Position numbers and translations under genes: made by a program. The notes beneath the pieces were generated by a model that saw only the letters and a program-made list of their open reading frames with translations, did not search any database and was not told the DNA's origin. A stretch of DNA of 37,220 bases from an uncultured Porphyromonadaceae bacterium (GTDB lineage Bacteria; Bacteroidota; Bacteroidia; Bacteroidales; UBA12481), in contig CAYGOU010000002.1 of NCBI GenBank assembly GCA_964351455.1, forward strand, positions 1-37,220, written 5' to 3'. Positions 9,101 to 16,272 of this stretch are shown one piece after another (positions within the stretch are counted from its first letter, which is position 1; each line of letters opens with the position of its first letter).

Positions 9101-10010
9101 TGAGGCCATGAGAAAGGGAGCGATCGGCTTTCTTAAGAAACCGGTTTCGGTGGAGGAGGTCAACGAAGCTTTTGATAAGATTGAAGGGATCATTTCCAAA
9201 CCGCTCAAAAAACTACTGGTGGTCGAAGATGACCCTGCCATGCAGCACAGCATCCGCGAGCTGATTGGAGAAGACAACATCCAGATTACCACCGTATCAA
9301 AGGGCCATGACGCTCTGAAGCAGCTTGAAAAGGAAAACTTCGACTGTATGATCCTCGACCTGGGTCTTGAAGATATGAGCGGCTATGATCTGCTGCAAAA
9401 GATAGTTCGAAACAGCGAAGCGCAGCGCATGCCCATCATCATTTACACGGGCAAGGACCTGACCAGGGAGGAGGAGGAAAAGCTGCAGAAGTATTCTGAC
9501 CGAATCATCATCAAAGGGATCCGTTCGCCTGAGCGCCTTTTGGCTGAAACCACCCTGTTTCTGCACCAGGTTGAAGCCAATCTGCCCGAATCTAAACAGC
9601 AGATGCTCAGGAAAATCAGGCCCCGTGAGGATTTCCTCAGAGAAAAGGTGGTTCTGATCGTTGATGATGACATGCGCAACGTGTTTGCCCTGACCAGTCT
9701 GCTGGAGGATCATGGGGTGAAAGTATTGGTGGGTCGCAACGGAAGAGAGGGCGTTGACAAGGCGACAAGCAACAAGGTTGACCTGATCCTGATGGACATC
9801 ATGATGCCGGAGATGAACGGGTATGAAGCAATGGAGGAGCTCAGGCGCAATAGTTCATTCAGGAAACTGCCAATCATCGCCCTGACGGCAAAGGCGATGC
9901 CAGGAGACCGCGAGCGCTGTATACAGTCGGGGGCCAATGACTACCTGGCCAAACCAATCGATGCCGAGAAACTCATTTCCATGTTAAGGGTATGGCTCTA
10001 TCAGGCTTAA
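6120..10010 (+). CDS. Large hybrid sensor histidine kinase (TM - ~180-aa helical extracytoplasmic domain - TM - HAMP(s) - GAF - long E/Q-rich coiled coil - HisKA - HATPase_c - three REC domains)
   Basis: Hydrophobic segments at about aa 15-37 and 218-239. HAMP-like segment: PVSQIRDNLEQMSLGRLDL...DEVGQLAASYRSM. H-box: [15 protein letters not shown] box: NLLSNAVKFT. G boxes: DTGIGI and GGTGLGLAISRNF. The three receivers read LLIIEDDP..VLDIGLPGINGW..FLKKP, LLVVEDDP..ILDLGLEDMSGY..IIIKG and VLIVDDDM..LMDIMMPEMNGY..YLAKP. Confidence 0.9.
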   Translation: MFINWLKNKTINTKLHLMIAISLVSLMLLGAVSNYLINSTKVVSIMLVAQRDYMMAYHESLELYYQSLAFPGEREKFLNKAIDRLTRANRQLDFFAGVDSLFQNLSSKEIVEEARSIYGSALKDSKDPDGLKNAQLLVARVGLIRKLSKEMLNTSIVSTEISRKYAFEILEVFRKELISPGSAALSGLNLDETLANMARQEKDYAEDVRNLGSTTVTQLRLAILAIVVILGFVIFLLSKVLSRMIAQPVSQIRDNLEQMSLGRLDLEASYVSKDEVGQLAASYRSMQATLRQQADHAQKVATGDFSALLNPRSAHDELSLALNEMTLALRKADEKNQLENWVKTNQNQLSQELQGDLDLASLGQKITTLLSNQLGAHASALFSSDQNGKLVFVGGYAVNTGQLAGRSFKSGEGLPGQAMKDKKILSVDDVPEGYLDVCSGLGSALPRHLYVVPCIYSNETEGVIELACLEALGENKLAYIGLVAEAIAIALRSSKSRTELQNLLRQQKELAEELQVQQEELRQTNEELQVQQEELRQANEELEAQTRSLEESKANLQAQQEELRVTNEELAERTRAIENQREALRRKNDELERARQEIEQKARDLEQTSRYKSEFLANMSHELRTPLNSILVLSQILAQNKPDNLNEKQIKSAQTIHSSGVNLLSLINEILDLSKIESGRIDLHSEEINLQQVVEELKENFAPLAEEKGLEITFSIGEKIPEIIFNDPMRLGQILRNLLSNAVKFTERGSVRLMVAMHPGTGTQPASPDGKKSWISISIEDTGIGIAGEKQKEIFDAFKQADGTTSRKFGGTGLGLAISRNFARLMGGDILLESEPGKGSRFILVLPERIEPQKQVAKEDLPPVVNTIELPADPAVALDQPMTDLDASPRETYELIMDDRKHIKKGDPFLLIIEDDPAFAQVLYDLAHEKHFKCMVAPNGETGLHYADYYGPSAIVLDIGLPGINGWEVMQRLKENPSTRHIPVHFMSASDKSIEAMRKGAIGFLKKPVSVEEVNEAFDKIEGIISKPLKKLLVVEDDPAMQHSIRELIGEDNIQITTVSKGHDALKQLEKENFDCMILDLGLEDMSGYDLLQKIVRNSEAQRMPIIIYTGKDLTREEEEKLQKYSDRIIIKGIRSPERLLAETTLFLHQVEANLPESKQQMLRKIRPREDFLREKVVLIVDDDMRNVFALTSLLEDHGVKVLVGRNGREGVDKATSNKVDLILMDIMMPEMNGYEAMEELRRNSSFRKLPIIALTAKAMPGDRERCIQSGANDYLAKPIDAEKLISMLRVWLYQA
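7659..7868 (+). repeat. In-frame 42-nt (14-codon) periodic array inside the kinase coiled coil. Units 1 and 2 are near-identical tandem copies and unit 4 is a third close copy.
   Basis: 7659-7700 encodes LQVQQEELRQTNEE, 7701-7742 LQVQQEELRQANEE, 7743-7784 LEAQTRSLEESKAN, 7785-7826 LQAQQEELRVTNEE, and 7827-7868 LAERTRAIENQREA. Leu occupies positions 1 and 8 of every unit. Confidence 0.85.
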
Positions 10011-10843
10011 AAGCGACAGAGGAGAACCACGATCTTCAGGACCTTGAAATAAGGCTGCTGCTGGAGGCGATTTATCTTAAATACGGATATGACTTCAGGG
10101 ACTATGGAAAGGCACATGCTAAAAGGAGAATCCTGCACAGAATGGCCCTCTCGGATATTCCCAATGTCACCCGCCTGCAGGAGCATCTGCTGTACGACGA
10201 ATCCTTTTTCAAGACCTTTCTCCAGGATCTCTCTATCAATACCACTGAGATGTTCAGGGATCCCGATTTTTTTAAACTCATTCGCGAAGTGGTGGTTCCG
10301 ATTTTAAAGACCTACCCCTTTCTTAAGATCTGGCATGCGGGATGTTCAACCGGAGAGGAGGTTTATTCGATGGCCATCCTGTTGAAGGAGGAGAGTTTGC
10401 TGAACCGCTGCCAGATCTATGCAACCGATTTCAATCCGATGGTGTTGCAGAAGGCACGTGAGGCAATCTATCCCATATCCCTGATGAAGGAATTCACGGC
10501 CAATTATATAAAATCAGGTGGCAAGACCTCCTTTGCTGATTATTACAACGCAAAGTATGACTCGGTCATCATGAAAAAGCCACTGAAAGAAAACATTGTA
10601 TTTGCCGACCACAATCTGGTGACCGACAGTGTATTCGGAGAGATGAACCTGGTTATTTGTCGCAACACCTTGATCTATTTTAACAAGGAACTGCAAGATA
10701 AGGTCATAGGATTGTTCGCCGAGAGCCTGCCTCCGGGTGGCTACCTGTGCCTGGGATCCAAGGAGAGCCTGACCTTCTCAAAGCATCTGCCACTTTTTGA
10801 TACGGTGGATGCGAAATGGAAGATATATCGTAAGAAATACTAA
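9992..10843 (+). CDS. cheR: CheR-type protein-glutamate O-methyltransferase
   Basis: The N-terminal helical domain (LLLEAIYLKYGYDFRDY), TEMFRDPDFF, and SAM site IWHAGCSTGEEVYSMAILL are all typical of CheR. The ATG at 9992 overlaps the kinase 3' end by 19 nt. Confidence 0.9.
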   Translation: MALSGLKATEENHDLQDLEIRLLLEAIYLKYGYDFRDYGKAHAKRRILHRMALSDIPNVTRLQEHLLYDESFFKTFLQDLSINTTEMFRDPDFFKLIREVVVPILKTYPFLKIWHAGCSTGEEVYSMAILLKEESLLNRCQIYATDFNPMVLQKAREAIYPISLMKEFTANYIKSGGKTSFADYYNAKYDSVIMKKPLKENIVFADHNLVTDSVFGEMNLVICRNTLIYFNKELQDKVIGLFAESLPPGGYLCLGSKESLTFSKHLPLFDTVDAKWKIYRKKY

Positions 10844-11438
10844 GTCAAGGGACAAGGTGAGCAGAAAGAACCAAAAGAAGTATCATGCAGTGGTGATGGG
10901 TGCCTCGGCCGGCGGATTGGATGTCCTTTCGATGATCCTTCCCGCACTTCGCGCCGAACTGCCCGTCCCGGTCATGGTGGTGCTGCACATCAGTCCCCAT
11001 TCTGATTCCTTTCTGGTTACATACCTTGACCAGATGAGTAAGGTTAAGGTTGTTGAAGCAGCCGACAAGGCCATGATGGAGCCAGGCAAGGTATATTTTG
11101 CCCCTCCGGATTATCACCTTATGGCTGAGCGGGACGGAAGTCTCTCGTTGAGCAATGAGGAGAAGGTCAACTACAGCAGACCAAGCATAGATGTTCTGTT
11201 TGAAACCGCCTTGTGGGTATTCGGGAGCGGACTGATCGGTGTCTTACTCACGGGTGCCAACTGGGACGGAGCCAAGGGGATGGAGTTGATACACAAAAAA
11301 GGGGGCTACACCATCATTCAGGATCCGGCTACGGCATCCATGCCAAGGATGCCGGAAGCTGCCATGGAGAAATTCATGCCCGATGCAATCTTACGGGCAG
11401 AGGATATCGGACAGGCGATTAACAAGCTCCTGTTATAA
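10809..11438 (+). CDS. cheB: CheB-type protein-glutamate methylesterase/glutamine deamidase, catalytic domain only (no receiver domain)
   Basis: Nucleophile motif VVMGASAGG, His motif VVLHISPH, and Asp motif LTGANWDGAKG...GGYTIIQD. The start is ambiguous among TTG 10797, ATG 10809 and GTG 10857 (13 nt after the cheR stop). All three precede the first catalytic strand. Confidence 0.85.
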   Translation: MRNGRYIVRNTKSRDKVSRKNQKKYHAVVMGASAGGLDVLSMILPALRAELPVPVMVVLHISPHSDSFLVTYLDQMSKVKVVEAADKAMMEPGKVYFAPPDYHLMAERDGSLSLSNEEKVNYSRPSIDVLFETALWVFGSGLIGVLLTGANWDGAKGMELIHKKGGYTIIQDPATASMPRMPEAAMEKFMPDAILRAEDIGQAINKLLL

Positions 11439-12968
11439 TTACTCCCACTCGATTGTTGCCGGTGGTTTTGAGCTGATGTCGTATACCACCCGGTTGATAC
11501 CCCTGACCTTGTTGATGATCTCGTTTGACACCTTTGCCAGAAACTCATGCGGAAGGTGCGACCAGTCTGCCGTCATACCATCTGTGGATGTAACAGCCCT
11601 CAGTACCAGAGCATTTTCATAGGTACGCTCATCACCCATCACTCCGACCGACTGAACGGGAAGCAAAATACAAGCTGCCTGCCAGACCTGATCGTAGAGG
11701 GCGTGCTCCTTGAGGGCGCGAATGTAGATATCATCGGCCTCCTGCAACAGCGCCACCTTATCAGGGGTGATCTCGCCCAGGATTCTAATACCTAGCCCCG
11801 GACCGGGAAATGGATGTCTTTTCAATATGGCATCGGTGATGTGAAGTGCCCTGCCTACCCTCCTGACTTCATCCTTGAAAAGCAGCCTGAGCGGTTCAAC
11901 AATCTTCAGCTTCATGGTCTCAGGCAGTCCACCCACGTTGTGATGAGATTTGATGGTGGCAGAAGGACCGTTGACTGAAATCGACTCAATCACATCGGGA
12001 TAAATGGTGCCCTGAGCCAGCCATTTAATCTGGTCGAGCTTATGCGCCTCCTGATCAAAGACTTCGATAAATGTTCTTCCGATCGCCTTTCTCTTCTGCT
12101 CGGGATCGGTCAGTCCCTTTAGCGCCTGCAAAAAACGATCTCCCGCTCTGACACCTATGACATTTAGGCCCATATGCTTATAGGATTCAAGCACCGTCTC
12201 AAATTCACTCTTGCGCAAGAGTCCATTGTCAACAAAGATGCAGGTCAGCTGCTCACCGATGGCCCGGTGAAGCAATACAGCCGCCACGGTGCTGTCAACC
12301 CCCCCTGAGAGCCCCAGAACCACCGCATCGCTTCCAAGTTGTCCGCGAAGCTGTGAAACGGTGGTTTCAATGAAGCCATCGGGTGTCCATGACTGATTGC
12401 ATCCGCAAATGTCAACGGCAAAGTTTCTGAGCAGTTCAAGTCCTTCAACGGTGTGATAAACTTCAGGGTGAAACTGAATCCCGTAGGTTTGTTCTCCATT
12501 GATTCTAAAACCCCCAATTCTTACATCCGAAGTGCTTGCAGTCACCTCAAAATGATCGGGTACAGAAGCGATGGTATCGCCATGCGACATCCACACCTGG
12601 GTTCCAAGAGATATTCCCCTGAAAAGTGAATCGGTGACATCGACGAATGAGAGATGGGCACGGCCGTATTCCCGGTGCCTTGAGGGGAGCACCTCACCGC
12701 CTGCCTCCAGCGCCAGGTATTGTGCACCGTAGCAAATGCCCAGAATCGGATAACGGTGGCGCAGCCCGGTAAGATCCGGAACCGGAGCTCCTGAATCCCT
12801 TACAGAGAAAGGACTTCCTGAAAGGATCACCCCCTTGATATGCGGTCCCTCCGCCGGTGGCTTGTTGAAGGGATGAATCTCACAATAGACGTTGAGTTCC
12901 CTAATCCGGCGAGCAATCAGTTGGGTATACTGAGATCCAAAATCCAGAATCAGAATGGTCTCTTCCAT
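11439..12968 (-). CDS. guaA: Glutamine-hydrolysing GMP synthase
   Basis: [34 protein letters not shown]..., GATase Cys context [12 protein letters not shown]-PPase motif [10 protein letters not shown], and C-terminal PPATIEWE. The ATG at 12968 gives the canonical ~510 aa; the track start at 13028 adds an atypical 20 aa. Confidence 0.95.
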   Translation of the reverse strand: MEETILILDFGSQYTQLIARRIRELNVYCEIHPFNKPPAEGPHIKGVILSGSPFSVRDSGAPVPDLTGLRHRYPILGICYGAQYLALEAGGEVLPSRHREYGRAHLSFVDVTDSLFRGISLGTQVWMSHGDTIASVPDHFEVTASTSDVRIGGFRINGEQTYGIQFHPEVYHTVEGLELLRNFAVDICGCNQSWTPDGFIETTVSQLRGQLGSDAVVLGLSGGVDSTVAAVLLHRAIGEQLTCIFVDNGLLRKSEFETVLESYKHMGLNVIGVRAGDRFLQALKGLTDPEQKRKAIGRTFIEVFDQEAHKLDQIKWLAQGTIYPDVIESISVNGPSATIKSHHNVGGLPETMKLKIVEPLRLLFKDEVRRVGRALHITDAILKRHPFPGPGLGIRILGEITPDKVALLQEADDIYIRALKEHALYDQVWQAACILLPVQSVGVMGDERTYENALVLRAVTSTDGMTADWSHLPHEFLAKVSNEIINKVRGINRVVYDISSKPPATIEWE

Positions 12969-12993
12969 GTGGTCAGGCTTTAAGGGGGTAAAA

Positions 12994-13830
12994 TTACAAA
13001 TCCAATCGGTTAATGAAGGGTATATCAATTTTCAATCCGTCATATGCGGCCTGGGTGTTTTCGAAAACCTCCCTGGCTTCATTCACAAGGGAATCTACCG
13101 ATTTGTATCTGGCTGAAAAATGACCGATGACAAGCTGACCCACTTCAGCCAGCTTCGCCATCTGGGCAGCCTCACGCGCTGTTGAATGGCCCGTTGACCA
13201 GGCCCTTTCCCTGCGCGAGTGATCGTAGGTGGCTTCATGGTAGAGCAGGTTGGCATGGCGGATACATTCAGCAGTCTCGGGGTTGAACCGGGTATCAGAA
13301 TACCATGCCAGTGTCCGGGGCCTGACGGTCTCTCCTGCATCTTCATGCCTGCTGATGAGACGCTGGCCCAATTTCTCGCGAAAAACAAACCCTACCGTCG
13401 GAACCTTATGCAGCATCGGAATCGACCATACTTCAAGGTCCGTTGTCTCAAGCAGGAGCTTGGGTGCGTCATAGGAGTGACCATTAAAAACGATCTCAAA
13501 TTCAAGCTGCTCCTTTGCATGGGCAAAGGCATCAAGCTTATCCTTCAGCTCAGGCGGACCGTAAAGATGAAGTGGCACCCTTCGGCCAATCAGGCCAAGC
13601 GAAGAAAGCAGTCCTGGCAGTCCAAAATAATGATCTCCGTGAAGATGAGAAATAAAAATGTGGTGGATCTTTCCCATCGGGATCCTGTTCCGTCGAAGCT
13701 GCATCTGGGTGCCCTCGGCGCAATCAATTAAAAAGAACCGCTCATGCACATTAAGCACATGAGCGGTCGGAAAACGTTCTGATGTAGGCAGTGCGGAACT
13801 GCTTCCCAGAATGGTCAGTTCAAACTTCAT
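12994..13830 (-). CDS. rnz: Ribonuclease Z (metallo-beta-lactamase fold tRNA 3' endonuclease)
   Basis: [16 protein letters not shown]..., HxHxDH motif [16 protein letters not shown], and C-terminal HST...[10 protein letters not shown]. The ATG forms an ATGA overlap with the rpsA stop. Confidence 0.85.
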   Translation of the reverse strand: MKFELTILGSSSALPTSERFPTAHVLNVHERFFLIDCAEGTQMQLRRNRIPMGKIHHIFISHLHGDHYFGLPGLLSSLGLIGRRVPLHLYGPPELKDKLDAFAHAKEQLEFEIVFNGHSYDAPKLLLETTDLEVWSIPMLHKVPTVGFVFREKLGQRLISRHEDAGETVRPRTLAWYSDTRFNPETAECIRHANLLYHEATYDHSRRERAWSTGHSTAREAAQMAKLAEVGQLVIGHFSARYKSVDSLVNEAREVFENTQAAYDGLKIDIPFINRLDL

Positions 13831-16190
13831 TCCTTTTCAGCACCTGCTTCAGCTTCGTCTGAAACGGCAGGAGCTTCAATGGCGTCTTCGGCAGGCTTGG
13901 CCACTGAATCATCAGCAGCGGCCTTGGCCTTGCTGCCTTTGGATTTTTTGGGAGCCGGTTTCTCATCTTCCACGGCTTCTGGGACTGCAGTCACGACTGC
14001 TGTTTCCTCCGGGATGATGGCACTCACCGGTTCAGGCTTTTCGGCCACCGGTTCAGCAGCTTTCTTCGAAGACTTCTTGGCGCTCGACTTTTCTGCAGCC
14101 TCCATCTGGGATTTCAGGGCAGCCAGTTCGGATATGTCACCAAGGGTGGTGGATGATTCGTTGCTGGGCTTAACCTTCTTCACAGATTTCTGAGGAGCAG
14201 CAGCTGTCTGGGATTTCTTCTCAGCCTGTTCCTCGGCGCGCTTTTCATCTTCAAACACACGGCTGTGCGAGAGAATGATCCGCTTGGCAGATTTGTTGAA
14301 TTCAATCACTTTGAACTCAAGTTTATCTTCAACACGAGCGGTTCCACCATCCTCCTTCACCAGATGCCGTGGGGTAACAAAACCCTCGACTCCATAAGGT
14401 AAGGCAATCACGGCACCACGGTCAAAGATATTCAGGATGGTTCCTTCATGAATGCTCCCCTCGGTAAACAGGGTTTCAAAAACATCCCACGGATTCTCTT
14501 CGAGCTGTTTGTGCCCGAGGCTGAGTCTGCGGTTCTCCTTGTCAATCTCGAGAACAACCACCTCTATTTCATCCCCTATTGAGCAGAATTCTGCCGGGTG
14601 CTTGATCTTCTTGGTCCACGAAAGGTCGGAGATGTGGATCAGTCCGTCAACCCCTTCTTCTATCTCCACAAATACTCCAAAGCCTGTAAAGTTTCTCACC
14701 TTCGAGGTATGCTGCGACCCAACCGGGTAACGCTTCTCAATCTCAGACCATGGATCTGGCCTCAGCTGCTTGATGCCCAATGACATTTTCCGCTCGTCGC
14801 GGTCAAGGGTAAGTATCATTGCCTCCACTGCATCACCCACCTTCAGGAACTCCTGGGCACTTCTAAGATGCTGTGACCATGACATTTCCGACACGTGTAT
14901 AAGGCCTTCGACACCGGTTGCAATCTCAACAAAAGCACCGTAATCGGCCATTACCACTACTTTTCCTTTAACCACGTCGCCTACCTTAAGTCCTGCATCC
15001 AGAGAATCCCACGGGTGCGGGGTCAGCTGTTTCAGTCCCAGGGCAATGCGCTTCTTGTTGTCGTCGAAGTCGAGGATGACCACATTGATTTTCTGGTCAA
15101 GCTGCACGATCTCTTCGGGATGGTTGACGCGACCCCATGAAAGGTCGGTAATGTGAATCAGACCATCGACACCACCCAGATCAATGAACACCCCGTAAGA
15201 GGTAATGTTCTTAACCACACCTTCGAGAACCTGTCCCTTTTCAAGCCTTGAGATGATCTCCTGCTTTTGTACTTCGAGTTCAGCTTCGATAAGCGCCTTG
15301 TGAGAAACAACCACATTCTTGAACTCCTGGTTGATCTTCACCACCTTGAATTCCATGGTTTTACCCACAAAAATATCGTAATCGCGTATGGGCTTGACAT
15401 CGATCTGCGAACCGGGCAGGAAGGCCTCGATTCCGAATACGTCGACGATCATACCGCCCTTGGTACGGCACTTGATAAAGCCCTTGATCACTTCACTGCC
15501 TTCATAAGCTTCGTTAACACGATCCCATGACCTAAGGGCCCTGGCCGTTTTGTGCGATAGTACCAGCTGACCGTTTTTATCTTCCAGGGTCTCAACATAA
15601 ACCTCCACCTTATCTCCAATCTTCATTTCGGGATTGTAGCGGAACTCGCTGATGTTGACAACACCTTCAGATTTGTAGCCAATGTTGATGACAGCCTCGC
15701 GCTTATTGATAAAAACAACGGTGCCATCAACCACTTCATTTTCTGCAACCACAGAGAGTGTTTTATTGAACATCTCCTCGAGGCTGGCTCGCTGTGATTT
15801 GGAGTATTCATCCTCCTTTGCATCCCACTTTTCCCAGTCGAACTCCTGCAAAGTTGCCTTGGGCAGGACAATCAGGGGCTCTTCATCGTCCTCAGCAACA
15901 TCTTCTTCCTCAAGAACTTCATCTTCCTCCTCTTCCTCCTCCTCATTCTCCTCAAGATCCTCGTCAATTTCTTCAATTTCCTCAATTTCTTCATCTGCCT
16001 CCACCTCGGTTTCGGTGGATTCTTCTTCCACTTCCACTACCTCTTCAGTTTCTGGCATTTCTTCCGTTACAACGGTTTGATTGGTGTCGGTTACAGCATC
16101 CTCCACCTTTTCAGGTGTCGATTCTGCGGCCTCAGCAGAGGGGTTCACCAGTTCCATCTCTTCACCGGCCGGCATTTTTTCGTTTGACAT
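13827..16190 (-). CDS. rpsA: 30S ribosomal protein S1 with a ~105-aa polyacidic N-terminal extension and a long K/A/E/P-rich C-terminal tail (787 aa)
   Basis: Six S1/OB repeats are recognisable (for example GTVVFINKREAVINIGYKSEGVV, IKGFIKCRTKGGMIVDVFGIEAFLPGSQ, LEGVVKNITSYGVFIDLGGVDGLIHITDLSW). The canonical Bacteroidota N-terminus FDWEKW... begins only near aa 117. Confidence 0.9.
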   Translation of the reverse strand: MSNEKMPAGEEMELVNPSAEAAESTPEKVEDAVTDTNQTVVTEEMPETEEVVEVEEESTETEVEADEEIEEIEEIDEDLEENEEEEEEEDEVLEEEDVAEDDEEPLIVLPKATLQEFDWEKWDAKEDEYSKSQRASLEEMFNKTLSVVAENEVVDGTVVFINKREAVINIGYKSEGVVNISEFRYNPEMKIGDKVEVYVETLEDKNGQLVLSHKTARALRSWDRVNEAYEGSEVIKGFIKCRTKGGMIVDVFGIEAFLPGSQIDVKPIRDYDIFVGKTMEFKVVKINQEFKNVVVSHKALIEAELEVQKQEIISRLEKGQVLEGVVKNITSYGVFIDLGGVDGLIHITDLSWGRVNHPEEIVQLDQKINVVILDFDDNKKRIALGLKQLTPHPWDSLDAGLKVGDVVKGKVVVMADYGAFVEIATGVEGLIHVSEMSWSQHLRSAQEFLKVGDAVEAMILTLDRDERKMSLGIKQLRPDPWSEIEKRYPVGSQHTSKVRNFTGFGVFVEIEEGVDGLIHISDLSWTKKIKHPAEFCSIGDEIEVVVLEIDKENRRLSLGHKQLEENPWDVFETLFTEGSIHEGTILNIFDRGAVIALPYGVEGFVTPRHLVKEDGGTARVEDKLEFKVIEFNKSAKRIILSHSRVFEDEKRAEEQAEKKSQTAAAPQKSVKKVKPSNESSTTLGDISELAALKSQMEAAEKSSAKKSSKKAAEPVAEKPEPVSAIIPEETAVVTAVPEAVEDEKPAPKKSKGSKAKAAADDSVAKPAEDAIEAPAVSDEAEAGAEKE

Positions 16191-16246
16191 TTGTTAAATT
16201 ACTTTAAGCTAATAAGTTAGACATTATGTTTAAATAAACATGGCGG

Positions 16247-16254
16247 CAAAGTTA
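16247..16254 (-). promoter_or_regulatory. Candidate -7 box (TAACTTTG on the minus strand) for rpsA
   Basis: Plus-strand caaagtta lies 57 nt upstream of the rpsA ATG at 16190. Motif match only. Confidence 0.35.
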
Positions 16255-16272
16255 ATCCTTTTTTACGAAATC

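Noticed and set aside
12969-13028. 20-codon N-terminal extension of guaA in the ORF track, overlapping the rnz 3' end
   Set aside because: The conserved GuaA N-terminus begins at the internal ATG at 12968 ([14 protein letters not shown]). The extension is not GuaA-like.
13219-13731. 170-aa plus-strand ORF
   Set aside because: It is antisense to rnz, whose HxHxDH motif confirms the minus strand as coding.
12994-13830. RNase Z seems ~25 aa shorter than typical orthologs, possibly with a shortened flexible-arm region
   Set aside because: I cannot verify this without an alignment. All catalytic motifs are present and the frame is intact, so it is not reported as a finding.
15682-16207. Ser-rich (132 aa) and Pro/Leu-rich (137 aa) plus-strand ORFs
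   Set aside because: They are artefacts of reading the GAA/GAG/GAT-rich acidic tract of rpsA on the opposite strand, where TTC, CTC and ATC codons contain no stops.
16226-16241. Palindrome ATGTTTA-AA-TAAACAT, considered as a terminator for the polysaccharide operon
   Set aside because: The stem is AT-only with a 2-nt spacer, which cannot form a stable RNA hairpin. No U-tract follows it on the minus strand.
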